Shown here: piece by piece, positions 28,755 to 44,463 of the stretch | How positions within the stretch are numbered: position 1 is the stretch's first letter | Layout of the letters: the number at the start of each line of letters is the position of its first letter | NCBI RefSeq assembly: GCF_009914755.1 | Contig: NC_060929.1 | From: the human T2T-CHM13v2.0 reference genome, Homo sapiens | Length of the DNA stretch: 64,000 bases | Reading direction: 5' to 3' (one strand) | Notes under the pieces: model-generated | What the model was told of the DNA's origin: nothing | What the model saw: only the letters and a program-made list of their open reading frames with translations | The model's database searches: none | Position numbers and translations under genes: made by a program

Positions 28755-30990
28755 TTTCTTTGCCAGATAGACAAAGGTTTGAGGGGTTTGTGAATTCCAC
28801 ACCAAACTGTTAACTAGCTGGTTTCTCTGGGCCAAGCCAGTAGCTACTCTTTGACTCTTGCTGCTGCCACACAGCAAAAGCTCAAAAAACTCCTATTTTA
28901 TATGGTTTGAAAAGATACCGCTGGTAAGTTTCAAAACTCATCTGATCTTGCTGTCACATCTGCTTTTAAGTTTACTGCAGGCTAATTTGAACACTTTGAA
29001 AATATGAACTGCCTCCTCCTCTGAGACTTCAGATAGATCTCCAAGCTGACTGAGTTGAACTTTGGCTGTTTCTGTGCCAAGGAGACTGTCAAACAGATAG
29101 GACCAAAGCCTTAGCAAATTCCTGACTGCGTATCTCGTTATCACACTTGTGGGTCAGGGGTAGACAATGAATATTAGTCGAACAAATAAAATAAGGCATT
29201 TTTACTTTAACTCATAGCTATGTTTCTTTTTAAAAGGGTTGCCTAAATAGGTAATACCTATAAGTTGTTCATAATTCAAAAGAGACAAAAGAGAATGTGA
29301 ATATCCCTCCAATGCTTCCTGTCTCCTGATCCCCACTTCTTCCTCTGGAGGCATTTTATTGGTTTCTTTGGTATTTTTCAGATGTAATTTATGCATGTGC
29401 CAACAAATACACATACACATTGTGCCATATGTGCTGTTTTACCCTTTGCTTTTAATATATTAGATATTATTCTACATTGGTACATAGAGAGCTCACTCAT
29501 TGTTAGATTGCATTGTATTCTATTGTATGAATTAAATATAGTGTATGTAACCATTCCCCTAATAATAAACATTTAGATTATTTCCAACCTTTCACCATTG
29601 CAAGTAATGTTGTTGTGAACATCCTGGCACCTCTGGCATGAGGCACATGAGTGACAAATTCCTAGAAATGAAACTGCTGGACCAAAGGGTATGTACATTT
29701 TTCATTTTAATAAGTATTTCATAACAGTGTTTCTGAAAAGTTCTAAGTGAACTGAATTTGATAAACCATGATTTTAGAGTAGGAAGGAAACTCACCATTT
29801 TAGACAGTTTATTACAGAATGGTCTCTGTAAATAAAACAATACTTAGAATTTTCTCCATTTTCCCCTTTCCAGTTTGTGTGTATTGTTAATTCTGGGATT
29901 AAAAGCCACAGCAAAAATCATTCCCTAAACTGAGACAGCTGTACCTAGAAATCAGTTGAATGTAGGATCCCAGAGACCTTGTTTGTGTTCCTAGTGATGG
30001 TGCTGTTGAGTTTTTATCTTTGTGCGGTGCGTGTAACATTCAGGAGATTCGGCAGGTTTGTTGAAGGAGGGCAGTCTTCTGCCTTCTGTGACCGGAGACC
30101 GTGACTCTGGTCTAGGGGACACGTTGCCTATCATAGAAGCTTCCCGGTGGGCACTGGAATTCCTGGGAGCTGGTGAGGGAGTCGGGAGTTTTGCATGACA
30201 TCTCTCTCTGGCAGCTTCTCCTGCAGAGCTTAGCACTTTTCCCTGATAGAGGACAGGATCATGCCACATGTCCTCTGCCATCTCTGTTCCAGCTCCTGTT
30301 GATGTAGAAGGCTACATTGGCCAGGTTCCTGGCATGAAGCAGGCACAGTCCTTGTCTCCTAGATGCTCACTGTTTTGAGAGGAGGCAGGGAAACAGGCAG
30401 CCCACAGCACAAAGGGGAGATTGCTAGCAGTTTAAAAGGGCCTCTGGGGGAGGGAGCAGAGGCCTGTGGGAAAGGCAACTGAAGGCTTATCGAGCCCAAG
30501 GGGGCAGTGTGGTCACTAATGATCAGTCATGTGAAGGGTACCTCTGTTATTTTTGCCCCACCTCACCACCCTTTATTTACTTTGAAAAAAGTCTACTCAT
30601 TACAAAATACATTTATTTCAAAAAGGAGCTTTTGAACCTGCATTCAGAAATTGCAAGTTTGATATGGTTAACTTTTTTTTTCTAAATATCTTCAAATAAT
30701 TATTAAATCATAATCATTACATTGAAAAGTATTTGTCATTGTATTGCCTAAAATAATCCCATATTTCACCAGTGTTATGAGAGTCATTCTCTTCTTAACA
30801 CTGTCCCAAGGCAGAAGTATGTGAGAGAATGGACACCATCTGCCCATCACACCTGGGGGAAAAGGGAGGGGAGCAATGCACTCCTTAGGCTTGGGTGCAG
30901 GTGTCTGGGGCAGGAGGCTGTGTGCCAGGGAATACAGTCTGCTGAAAATCTGTTTTACTCAGTGGGATCACAATTTGAATATTCAAATAA

Positions 30991-31322
<332 letters not shown>

Positions 31323-31692
31323 GATTCATGGTGTTTTTGAGAGTAGATGATCAGGTGTGGATGAAGAGAACACATAGTCAGCAGCATAGTGCCTGAGGAA
31401 GGGATGACAGAGGAGTTAGGGGCATCTCCAGAGTTTCCTTCTTAGGCCTTGGGAGGATGGCTGAACTGCATACAGGAGAGGAATCGTGGTGTGTGATGGG
31501 GGATACAGAGTGAAGTAAGGTTTGTCCTTGCTGAGTTCCTGCAGGGCATGCAGGTGGAGACACCCACAAGGCTGTGGGAAGCACAAGTCTGGAACTCTGG
31601 AGGAAGATGAGGGCTACAGGTATAGGTTTGGCTCTCTCCAGGTGGTATTTGAGGCCCTGGGAGTGACTGAATCTATAAGAGTGAGACCCACG

Positions 31693-31848
31693 CAGGGGTC
31701 CTTAGCCTCTGCTGTCCATTGAAATCACCTGAGGAGCTCAGGACTCACCTTCAGAGATTCTGATATAATTTGGCTGGGTTGCAGTCTGGGCATGGGACAT
31801 TTAAAAAACTCCCCAGGTGATTCTAATGTGCAGCAAGGGTGAAGAACG
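31693..31848. mobile_element. hAT-Charlie MITE, MER5A-like
   Basis: 'aatcacctgaggagct...cagagattctgat...ctccccaggtgattctaatgtgcagc'. Confidence 0.8.
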
Positions 31849-34231
31849 CCTGGCATGGAGTGAGAGAAGAGAGTGGAAGCTGAAACCATAGGGAGCATCC
31901 ACATTTAGCAGGTGGGTAGCAGAGAGTTGGAGAGGCTTTGATGACTTGATGTTTCATCCTGGCCAGTTTAGGTGAGGACTGTTTGGAGGCCTTTGGATTT
32001 GACCTTTGGAGATGAAACTGGAGAAAACAGCATAAGTGCAAGGGAGGATAATAAATATCTATTATACCTTACAATATTATTGTGAGGAGCAGCTGAGATA
32101 ATTGTAGATATTATGCTTAGCAGTGTAAGCAGGCCTGTGGTAAGTGACCTGTTATTGGAATCTGCCTTTAGAGTGTCCTTGTAAGATAGTGGTTCTTAAA
32201 AGTGAAGGTGTACAAGAATTCCCCTAACTGCAGATTCTCTGGCTTTACCCAAGGAAATGCTGATGCATGAGCTCTAGGCAGGTCTGGAAACCCGAATTTC
32301 CTATACCCCCGCCCCCACTCCCTTCCATCTCACCCCAAGTGATTTGCATGGTGGGAGTCCTTGGACCACACATTAAGTCTAAATAGGTCAGCAGAGATTC
32401 TGCATAAATCTGGTCCCCAAATCCTGTTCTTCCTTAATGTGCACAGCTGTGCTCTCCAGCCTCGTGGGCACATCTCAGATATCTGGAGGGTGTTTGCATT
32501 ACTGCAGGCCTAGGAATGATGCAGGAGGGTTTCAGAAGCGTAAAAGTTCTAGCAGCTTGAGAACATGTCAGCCAGTGTGGCTCCACGCCTGGGATCCAGT
32601 TGTTCCGTGAGCTTGGCCTGTGAGCGGGAACCCTTCAGCAGCATTGCCAGCGGATGTGGGGGAGCTCCTGAAAGGAAACTTTTGCTCCTGGGCAATCACA
32701 GGGAAACTGTATTCCCACAGTGAGTCTTGGGTGCTCTTGTCAGGGTTAAAGTCATTTGGGGTCAGAGCCTGTAATTATGTTTCACATTTTTTTTTTCTTT
32801 AAAAACATTCAGGAAGCATAATGAGCTGGTTGAGCTGTTGCACAGCAAGGGGAACTCAGGATCTGGGGAGAGGAGGAGAGAGACTGGCTGATGGCTCTGG
32901 AGCTGAGATGCCTTAAACCCAGAGAGAGCTGATCTCCCCCTTCTACCTGGAGGTGCCCCTGGGCAACTCATTTCTGGCAAATACTGCTGTCTCTGTTCTG
33001 ATCTCAGCTGGTTCTCACCCTTTTAAAGCAGGGCTGGATGACTGGGCAGACCACAGCTGCTGCTGGTGTGATCCCAGGGTGTCACCACCAGGAAATTAGT
33101 GCTGCTTTCACTCTGCTATTTGCTTCTTAAGAAAATCTGTGGGTTGCTCTTCCAAAAATAAGGTTTTCTTGCATTTGTATCTGACTAGTGCACTGAAATG
33201 TTTGACACAGACTTTACCGTGGGCGACTTACCCAGCAGATCATCAGCCACACCACCCCTGCTGTGGACAATATGTCATTGTGGAGGCCAGGGCAGGCACT
33301 GGAGGCGAGTGCCTCAGCATCCGTAGGCTTCGGCATCCAGATGCTCCTGCTGCATCTGTGTCTGCTGGCCAGGACTTGCCACAATCTGCCGGCCTTCTGA
33401 CCGAAGCTGCCCAGAGCTCAGTGTGCAAGGTCAGCAGACTACCATGCTGCCAGCTCTGTTTAGAGCAGCAAGATGGGTTTCTCTCTGGAAAGAAAGCCTG
33501 TTTCCTCTTACGTAGCCAGCATGCTTGTAATCGGTTCCCCAGCAGGGAAGCTCTGCTCCATTGCATAGGAAATTGGAGTGGAACTGATAGCTTTTGGCCT
33601 CTGTGTCTTTTGGGATATAACTTTGGCTTGCTTCTCATCTCCCCCACCTCTCCTGGCCAGCTTAACTTCATACCATACTGCAAGGAAAAGACACAGCCCA
33701 GTGGGGCTTGCTTGGGATTTTGTGCTTGAAACCGTACGTAATTTGTACATGAAGATGATCACCAGTTGAAGATAACTTAAATTTTGCTTGTTTTCCTAAG
33801 GAGTCTAATCCTTACTGCCCCTAAACTGAGTCTCTTTAAGAAAGACAATTTGTTTTTTGATGGTTAAGCAAGAAACTTGTAAAATGTCAAACTGGAGAAG
33901 GATGACTCATATCTCTTAATGTGCCGTCTCAATCAGCCATATTACTGAGCTCCCCAAATGGGCAGCATGGGGGTAGGCGATGGTAGGCAGAGACCATGGA
34001 CGATGTTTTTTAAAAACAGCTTTTTTGAGATACAATTCACACGACACAATTTACCCATTTGCAGCATACAATTCAATGGCTTTTAGTATATGCACAGGAT
34101 TTTGCATTCATCTTCACGATTAATATTAGCATATTTTCATCATTCCCCCAAAGCAATCCTGTAGTCCTTAGCTAATATCTGCCATTCTTTCCATCCCTAC
34201 CTCTCATCCCTAGGCAACCACTTCCTTAGGA

Positions 34232-34510
34232 TTTTTTTTTTTTTTTTTTTTTGAGATGGAGTCTTGCTCTGTTGTCCAGGCTGGAGTGCAGTGGCGCGAT
34301 CTCGGCTCACTGCAAGCTCCGCCTCCCTCCTGAGTTCATGCCATTCTCTTGCCTCAGCCTCCCAAGTAGCTGGGTCTACAGGCGCCCACCACCATGCCCG
34401 GCTAATTTTTTGTATTTTTAGTAGAGACAGGGTTTCACTGTGTTAGCCAGGATGGTGTCGATCTCCTGATCTCGTGATCCGCCCACCTCGGCCTCCCAAA
34501 GTGCCGGGAT
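34232..34510 (-). mobile_element. AluY-type, slightly 5'-truncated, with TSD
   Basis: 'tgcaagctccgcctcc...ttcatgccattct'; TSD tccttaggattttt 34223-34236 and 34511-34524. Confidence 0.93.
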
Positions 34511-35285
34511 TCCTTAGGATTTTTAACTCATGTCTCCAAGTGTGGCACTCTCCTATCTGCTTCGTCTCTTGATCTTGTGAAGCCACATACCCTTTTCCTT
34601 CAGTGCATCCAAACAATTTGCAGCTCCTCAGAATGCTGCAGTTCCAACACCAGGATGTTCCGACCTGGCACTGTTCTTGCTCTTCACACATTCTTGTCCT
34701 CTGACAGATTTACTAGTGCAACCTGACTAATGCACACTCACTGCCGAGGGGGCCTTTAGGCCTCTGGTTTCACACTTCTTTTGTCTTGTCTGTCCCTTGG
34801 TGTTGATCTTGCTTTAGAGAGAGTAATTGGAACGAGAGCGTGTTATTTCTGCTTGAGAATGGGTACCCCAAATCCAGTAGGTAGATGCATTCCTTCATTT
34901 CTACAGAGGAAAAAAATTGCCAGTACTATCCTGATTTGGCTGGTTGCACTTCAGGGTTTCAGCTTTAACCATTTTAGGGACTATTGACAAAAGTAAACTT
35001 TTTATATGCTGAAATGGTGATGTTTGGGGGTGTCAGTGGTCTTAACAGGAAAGCCCTTCTTCTTCACTAGCAACCTTGCATTGTTCTAGGAAATTCCAGT
35101 CCAAATGTAGAAAGCGTGTTTTCTACCATCTGTATGTTTTCTCTTTCTCTCATTTGCTTTCCTCCCTTCTTTTTCTTTCCCTTCACCTTTCCCCACACAC
35201 CCCCATCATTTGTTCACTGTGTCTGGCCTTCTACCATCTCTCTCTTGCCTTGCCAAAGGACCAGGGAGGTGACTGATCCCTGGTA

Positions 35286-36250
<965 letters not shown>

Positions 36251-37301
36251 TGGATTTCTATAATTATAGCTAAAATGACTCTCAGCTTTGAGGTGACTAA
36301 GACATTCTGGTTCTAGAGAACTCTTAGTCGGACTGTGAGTGGTCTCATCTAGGTGAACAGCACTGTCTAGGGCTCCCTTTCCTGTTATACTTCCTGTGTT
36401 ACATTTCAGAGTGAGAGGATGTGCTCAGAACCAGGGTGGGCACAGAACTTCTGGCTCACTGCTTAGCCGTTCTGATGGGTAACATTTAGTGGCTTATTTT
36501 CTACCTCTCTAATGGGACCTGATGACAGTGTCAAGTGTCTCATTTTTATCATTGGGGTGGGAGAGTGCCATTAAAATGGTCTTTAACAAAGTAGGTCAAT
36601 AATTTATATTTCAAGAAGGGAAATTTGGGGACATGGAATGAGAGCATGTTATTTGGGTTAGTTGAACAGCTCCAGAAATAATTACGTATTTTTAATGCCT
36701 ATTAGGGACCTAGAAACCTATTTGGGGAGGTCAGGAAACTGGGTATGAGATCTGAGTCTTTGCAGGTGCTCGATCTAGAATCTCCAGGGAGAATGTATTT
36801 TGGACATAAACAATGAGACATGGATAAGATGGATGGCTTACATCTCCCTCCCTTGGACAGCCAAGCCCACAGCTGACAAAGCCACTGACAAAGCCAGCAA
36901 CACCAAAGGAGCAGGCTGACCCTTCTGCCTTCTCCTGACTTTCTGTCTACATAGGTTAGTCATTAAAAGGAAAAAAAGCAATCCAAAAACCTGTATTTTT
37001 TCTTAGATAACATGATTATATAGACAATACATGTTCATTAGAGAAAATTTAGAAATTACAGATGGATAAAATAAAATGCAAATTATGCCTATAGTACTGA
37101 TTAGAGATTGTCATTTTGGTTTTATAGTCTTTTCAACAGTTCATGATCATCCCTATGTATCATTAACTACTCTCTAAGATGGTTTTTGGTGGCTACATAA
37201 TACTCCAAGTATATTGTGTGAAGACTTTTTGAACTGGTGACCTATTTTTGGATGGTTAGGTTGTATCTCTCTCTCTTTTGTCCATGATTATTAACCAATT
37301 C

Positions 37302-37612
37302 TTTTTTTTTTTTTTTTTTTTTTAAGATGGAGTCTTACTCTATTGCCCAGGCTGGAGTACAGTGGCATGTGGCATGATCTCGGCTCACTGCAACCTCTGC
37401 CTTCCAGGTTGAAGTGATTCTCGTGCCTCAGCCTCCCCAGTAGCTAGGATTACAGGCACGTGCCACCATGCCCAGCTTATTTTCGTATTTTTAGTAGAGA
37501 TGGGGTTTCACCATGTTGGCCAGGCTGGTCTCGGACTCCTGACCTCAAGTGATCCACCCACCTTGGCCTCCCAAAGTGCTGGGATTACAGGCACGAGACA
37601 CCGCGCCCGGCC
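37302..37612 (-). mobile_element. AluS, full length
   Basis: T22 tail; imperfect TSD attaaccaattctttt / attaatcagttctttt; internal 7-bp duplication gtggcat-gtggcat. Confidence 0.93.
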
Positions 37613-37800
37613 AATTAATCAGTTCTTTTAAAACCAGCTCCCATTTCTCTGCTTGCTTCCCGACTCCCACCCCATTTTTTTGTTGCTGGTTTAGCAGAAC
37701 CTTGGGGACAAAGAGAAGATACCTTACCAGAGTGTCACAGAATAACAAATTTCATATGTTGAAAGCATGATTTAAATTTATTTGAACCATACTAATAGTA

Positions 37801-38138
37801 CAGTTGACCATCTGTATCTGTGGGTTCCTCATCTGGGGATTCAACCAACCACAGATCAAGAATATTGGGTTGGGAAAAGAGCATCATTACTGAACATGTT
37901 CAGATGTTTTTTCCTTGCCATTATTCCCTTAACAGTACAGTACAACAACTGTTACAGAGCTATTACCTTGTATTAGGTATTATAAGTAATCTTGAGATGA
38001 TTTAAAATATGTGGGAGGATGTGCTTAGGTTATATGCAAATACTATGCCATTTCATATCAGGGACTTGAGCATCCATAGATATTGGTATCTGTTGGGAGT
38101 CCTGGAACCAATGCCCCACAGATACTAAGGGACAACTG
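37801..38138. mobile_element. TcMar-Tigger MITE MER2
   Basis: Terminal inverted repeats 'cagttgaccatctgtatctgtggg' / 'cccacagatactaagggacaactg', preceded by TA. Confidence 0.88.
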
Positions 38139-39829
38139 CAGTAGAATATCTCCACCATTTAAGTGTTTTCTGTGAGTCAGATGCTTTTGTTAAGTGTTTT
38201 ATAAACTTTATTTCATTGAACCTTCACAACAGTCTTAATGAGGTATGTACTGCTCTATTCATTTATAGACTAGCAACGGAAGCATAGAGAGATTAAGTGT
38301 CTTAGACAACTAAAAAGTGCTGTTGTCAGAATTTGAACCTTGATCTAATGCCAACCCTTTTGCGTGGAACTATTGTTATACTGCTGACTATAAATTGTTA
38401 GCCCAGCCCTTAAATCTTCTGTTTTCTCATTTACAAAATGGAGACACAAGTGCTTACTTGGGAGCATTGGAAGAGTTAAATGGGGTAGCACGTGCAAAGC
38501 AGCAGACACAAAAATGTAGCAGCTATTGCTACTCTAATCACTCATTATTTTCACCTTTTGTGAGATAGTAATAGTATAGACATTTAAACAAATTGTCTCT
38601 CTGCTGTCTCTACATCTGAATCTCTGGCTTGCTCAGTGGAGATAAATCTTCATAATTATCTCTGGAAATTAGAGTAGACCTTGTACTCTGGCCAGTATTA
38701 TATTGAATTTAATCCAGATGTCTTCGTTTTAATCTATCTAGTCACAAGATTCTGCAATCTTTTCTGGACTGTTTGGGAGGCTGAGTTATCAAAAATCATT
38801 ATAAAAGCAACAACATCACATGAGAGCCCCTCCCATCCCAACCCATCTCACTACCCAGAGGTGATTACTTAAGAGTACTTCTTTGAGTCTAATGTAAGTA
38901 TCTGTTGTAGTACTTAACAAAAAGTTGCCTTATTTGTATAATTGTTTGTGTTAAGGACTGATCTCCATTCGCTGGTCATGAATTATTTCCGTTCTCAGCA
39001 CTAGAAGTTTACATTTCCTTGCACCCCCACCCATACACACTCCTGCCACTTAGCAGACTCGAACACTTGGGCGGTTCTGGGGTAAACAACAGCACAAGAC
39101 ACTCCAAAACATATCTAGACTGGGTTATGATGGGATCTAGGACAAGGGAACCCTTCTTTCCTTATGTATCCAGGACCAGGGCACTCTTTCTTAATCTCTG
39201 CTGTATTTCTGAAGTCATTTTAGTTATAACAACCCACATAAGAAGCCGATTGCCCTAGAAAGGAATCTAGAACTGGGGACTGGTAGAATTTTTTTTGAAT
39301 ACAAATCAAGATAAGGTCTTTATTAATCCAGTCAACAAATGTTTATTGTACTCTAGCTGTATGGTAGGCATTGTTGTAGTGTTGAGGGGTTAGCTTTGAA
39401 CAAGATTAAATTCCAGCCTTATGGAGCTTTTGTTTTTGTGGGCAGACAAACAAGTAAACAAGTGAGCAGGATGCTAGTGGATAGTGTAAAGTACCATGAT
39501 GGAAATGAGATAACACTGAGTGATGGATGGTAGAGGGTAGAGGCAACTTTAGATTATGTAGTCCGAGAACACTTCTCTGAGGGGCTGAATGACCTTCCAT
39601 TCTGGGCCTATAGTTGGTGACCACAGTGTTGAAAATTGTAAGGCATCCCTTTATTAAAGGAAAGACTCTGCTGGATAGTATTTTTTTCCCATCGTATTTC
39701 TCCTGTTTTTGTAGGCAGAATGATATTCTTACTCATTGGAATCATGACCACCTGGAACCTTAGTGATCTTGGTAAGATAGAATCCATTTCTTACATGGCA
39801 GGCAGACCAATATTTTAGAAGTCATAAAC

Positions 39830-40270
39830 CTTATTCCACTCTTTCTCATCCAGAATTTCCCAGTGGCTTCCCATGCCATTCGTCATACAGTTCGGACACC
39901 TTACCATGGTTCATGCGGCCTTGTATGATCAGGCGTCTGCCTACCTTGCCTAATGCCTCTCTGACCTTCCTCTTTCTACCTCACTGTGTTTAAGCTTGGC
40001 TGACCTCAGATTCCTCTGATGCTCTGAGCACTTTCCCGCCACCTTCTCTTACTGTTCCTCTGGAATGCCTTTGCTACAGGTTTTTATGTCATCAGCCTTT
40101 CATCCTTCAAGTCTCAGCCAAAGGTCCTCTCAGAGAGTCCTCCTCTGACCACCTGACCTAAAGTCTCAGGTAGCTGTCCCATCCTTCCCCTTCTATCTCA
40201 TTACCCCGTTTAGTAGTCTTTATGGTACTTCTCACCCTCTAAACTCCCCGCTGCATGTTGAATAAATGAT
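39830..40270 (+). mobile_element. L2 fragment
   Basis: 'ccagtggcttccca...ccttaccatgg...tcatccttcaagtctcagc...ctctgaccacc'. Confidence 0.6.
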
Positions 40271-40332
40271 GTCGAATGTTCCTTTAAAGGGCCCTTCTCA
40301 ACCACTTGACTTTTTTCTAGAAGCAACTCTAA

Positions 40333-40524
<192 letters not shown>

Positions 40525-40990
40525 TAAACCAGGTGTAACTGCTCTGATAGGGTGGCATCTGGCTTCCTTTGGGGTAGCCCAAGAAATGATGAGTTAAAAG
40601 AAGCAAGAATCAGAACTAAGTGTAGATTAATGCTGTCACCAGCCTCCATCTCCTCTCCCATTCTTTTGCCAGTGTGCTCATTCTGTTTCTCTCTTAGGTC
40701 TCTATTGCTTTACTTTTATCAGGTAGGGGAAAGGGGAGAGAAATTGAATGTTTCTAAATATCTTTCATAAGTAGCACTATGCAGGAAGGCCAGGTCTGCT
40801 TGGCTGGGCCAGTTGACTTTCGGTGAATTGATGTGTTTCCTAATCTTCACACCTAGAAGAAATGGACTGATGGCTGACTCTTAAATTGACAAAGCCGTTT
40901 GTTTGTGTATATGAAACTGCTTTAAAAAGAGAGATTTTGAATATTAGAGTATATATTCTCCTCCCTACCCCTCGCATTTAAAAGGTGTTA

Positions 40991-41299
<309 letters not shown>

Positions 41300-42862
41300 T
41301 TAGTTATAGTAGCACAAATGGGAAGGTATACTTTATAAGCCTCCTAATCAATTACAAAAGAGTCATTTTTCACTTTCCTTTAAAATTAAAAAGAAGTTTC
41401 TCTTTGTCCATATTTCAGGCCTCTCATACATTGTTTGCTGACAGCGTTTCTGTGTTGGAACCACATCTCTTGTTCTTCCAGTAGATACCCTCAGGGCATA
41501 GTTTCTGCACAAAATTTATCTGAAATCTTTAGTGACCTTTTGCAGGATTTAATATCAGTTCATTTGGATAGTTCCACATGCATAAATGGGCCTTAACAGG
41601 AATTTAGCAAACAAAAGATAGTGCCTCCCATACACCTTCTTATTTTTTAGGCTTGCTAAGTAAAATTTAAGCAGAAGAGACTGTCTCTGTCTTTCTCTTG
41701 GGCTCCGTTTCTGTGTTTTTTGTGGAACACTACCATTCTTAGGTAGAGTGGGTAGGGAGAGAGAAGGAACAGCATCACCTCTTCTCTATTTTTGCTCACA
41801 CAGATGCCCTGTTTGGCGACATCTAAGCACTAGAGACTTATTGACCCACATTTTTTTTCCTCCTTCTCCTCCAGGGTACTGACCGTGCAGGGATCTAGTA
41901 CCACAGTTACTTCTAAAATGTGTTGCCAAATGTAGAAATCTCTATCCCCATTGACTTCTCAGTTGGAAATTAGTTCATGACCTAGAGACTGAGAGCACCC
42001 CGGCTGTGCTTTCAGAGCAGGAGTCCTTGGATGTAGCTGTGGAATGAGCAGCGTTGGAGGATTTGAAAAAATCCTGGACCTGAAACGTAAGCTGGCCTGT
42101 GTTTCCCTGATGTGCCCTATGCCTTTTATTGTGCTGATTTCTACTATCTTAATAAATAGTAACATTAAAGTTCTTTCTGTGTTCAAAACCTTTTCCTTGT
42201 TTTCCTATCAAACTGTTTTTGAAAGCCTATTTCATCTATTTTGAGCAACACTGATAACTGATGTTCATCGAAGGCAGAAAGGTTGGAGGAACTTTGGCCA
42301 GTGTGGGGCAGACAGAAACCCATGGGTATTCCCCCTAGGCATCAGGGGCTTTGTCAGCTGCATTCTGCCAGCTTTGTAGAACAGCATGAATCCACTCCTG
42401 CCCTCGAGTAGTGGGACCGCAAACAGTACATGGTGCATGACCTGGAGGCCTGACATTCGTTCCTCTGCCTGTCCACTGGAATGACCAGGCTGAGGCTGGT
42501 CGCCAAGCAACCCTGGACCTAAAAGAAGCAGGAGAATTTGCCCACTGATTGTTATATCCCTTTGCTTTTTTTTTTTTTTTTTTTTTTAATCTATCTTTCT
42601 TTAGAGGCTTGAGGGGTCGTAGCTTTGGTAGGAGGTGATGAAGCATGCTAGTTTGAAATACTGATGGTGAGTCTTAGTGTTTTAGTCTCACTGGTCCCAG
42701 CTCTAATCTGATCACTTGGTGTTAAATTAGGAGGCCTTAATGTCTCTCTGAGAGCCCCAGAGAGATGGAATAGATGGGGAAAAGAGAGTTGAACCCCTTC
42801 AGGTCTCAGTATGGACATGGAGTATTGGTGAGGAGCTTTGCTGACAGTGAAGGCAGTGCTAG

Positions 42863-43198
<336 letters not shown>

Positions 43199-43269
43199 TC
43201 AGTTGGTTTTAATAAGTTACATTTGTAGAGGCGGTGCTTTCTTCTGGCCACACCAAACGGTATTTTCCA

Positions 43270-43720
43270 TGGTGAGGGAGAGAAGAACCAATCCAAGCGG
43301 CTTAAACAGAAAGGGAATTTGTTGTGGTACATCTCTGGAAAGCCCAGTGATGTTCTAACTGAAGACCTGCCAGACTCTCGTGACTCCAAAGGATATCAGC
43401 AGGCCCTGGTCTCTGCATCTCTCAACTCCACTCTTCTCTAGGCTGGCGCCATTCTCAGGCAGTCTTTTCCTTCACATTGGTGGGATGACTTGGCCAAGAT
43501 TTTGAAGGGAAGCCCTCAGCATGGTTCTCATTGGCTCTTTGTTGAAGCCTGTGCTCATCCTTGAGATAATCCCTGAAGCCGACCTGACCCAGCCCCAGAG
43601 TAGAGTTGACAGTGGGTAAAATAAGTGTTCTGAAAGTCAGGGAGGGATGATTTCCCAGAGGAATACTGGGGTGCTATAAATACAGAAGGAGGGGGGACAG
43701 AGGCCAAGGCAACGCAGTTA
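43270..43720. mobile_element. Old MaLR LTR (MLT1K/L-like)
   Basis: 'ggcttaaacagaaagggaatttg...cattctcaggcag...tctcattggctc'. Confidence 0.5.
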
Positions 43721-44269
43721 CTCCACACTGGCATAAGTAAATTGAGCACGGTCATCTGTGGAAGAGAAAGGGCCCTGCCTTCCAGATATAGCATGGTTGT
43801 TACCCACATTTGAAAATTACTTTGGGCGATCAGGCTGTGGTTTAATAAAGTAACCCTGGACATTCAAATTTGTAGGGGGAAAAATGAGATACTTTTAGTA
43901 TTTTAGTATTAGGCACCACCAGGATTGGGCAGACTGTGAGCAGCCTAAGAATAGTGTTTGGGAGTTAAGTGCCTAGAGAGTAGGGAACAGGGATGTCAGG
44001 CAGATAGGAGGGAGAGAGGGGACTGCCCCTGTTGGGACAGATGATAAGAAATGAAAACAAAATGATGTATGAGAACTATTAAGTAATGCCACAGAGTTCT
44101 GTAATACCCCGGCCAATGATTGACTGCCCTGTAGCCCAGCCAGTACGAGAGCTAGTTCTTTATCTTCCAGAGTCTCTTTCTCTTTATGATATTTACATTT
44201 TGGGAAATAAACTATAACTAATAGAGCTTGTTGTGAATCTGTTGATGTCTCGTATAATGGATTAGACTA

Positions 44270-44463
44270 CAAAGGTGGGCAAGCTTTTTCTGTAAAGGGC
44301 CAGTTAGTAAATTTTTTAGGCTTTGTGCGCCACATAGTGTCTCTGTCATATCTTCTTCTTCTTTTTTTTTAAAAAAATTTATAGCCCTTTAATAATGTAA
44401 AAACCATTCCTAACTCACAGGTCATACAAACACAAGGCAACAGCCACATTTTGCCTACCCCCA
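44270..44463 (+). mobile_element. MER58-like MITE followed by a MIR (~44465-44640)
   Basis: 'ggtgggcaagctttttctgtaaagggccagttagtaaattttttaggctttg'. Confidence 0.75.

Noticed and set aside
28311-28793. 160-aa ORF
   Set aside because: TTG start, runs through a (GT)n microsatellite, no recognisable homology
33139-33729. 196-aa + strand ORF as a nested gene
   Set aside because: GTG start, no domain-like pattern, no clear exon boundaries; kept only as part of a possible regulatory block
42566-42587. Isolated T22 tract as the tail of a retrocopy
   Set aside because: No recognisable Alu, L1 or mRNA body and no TSD next to it
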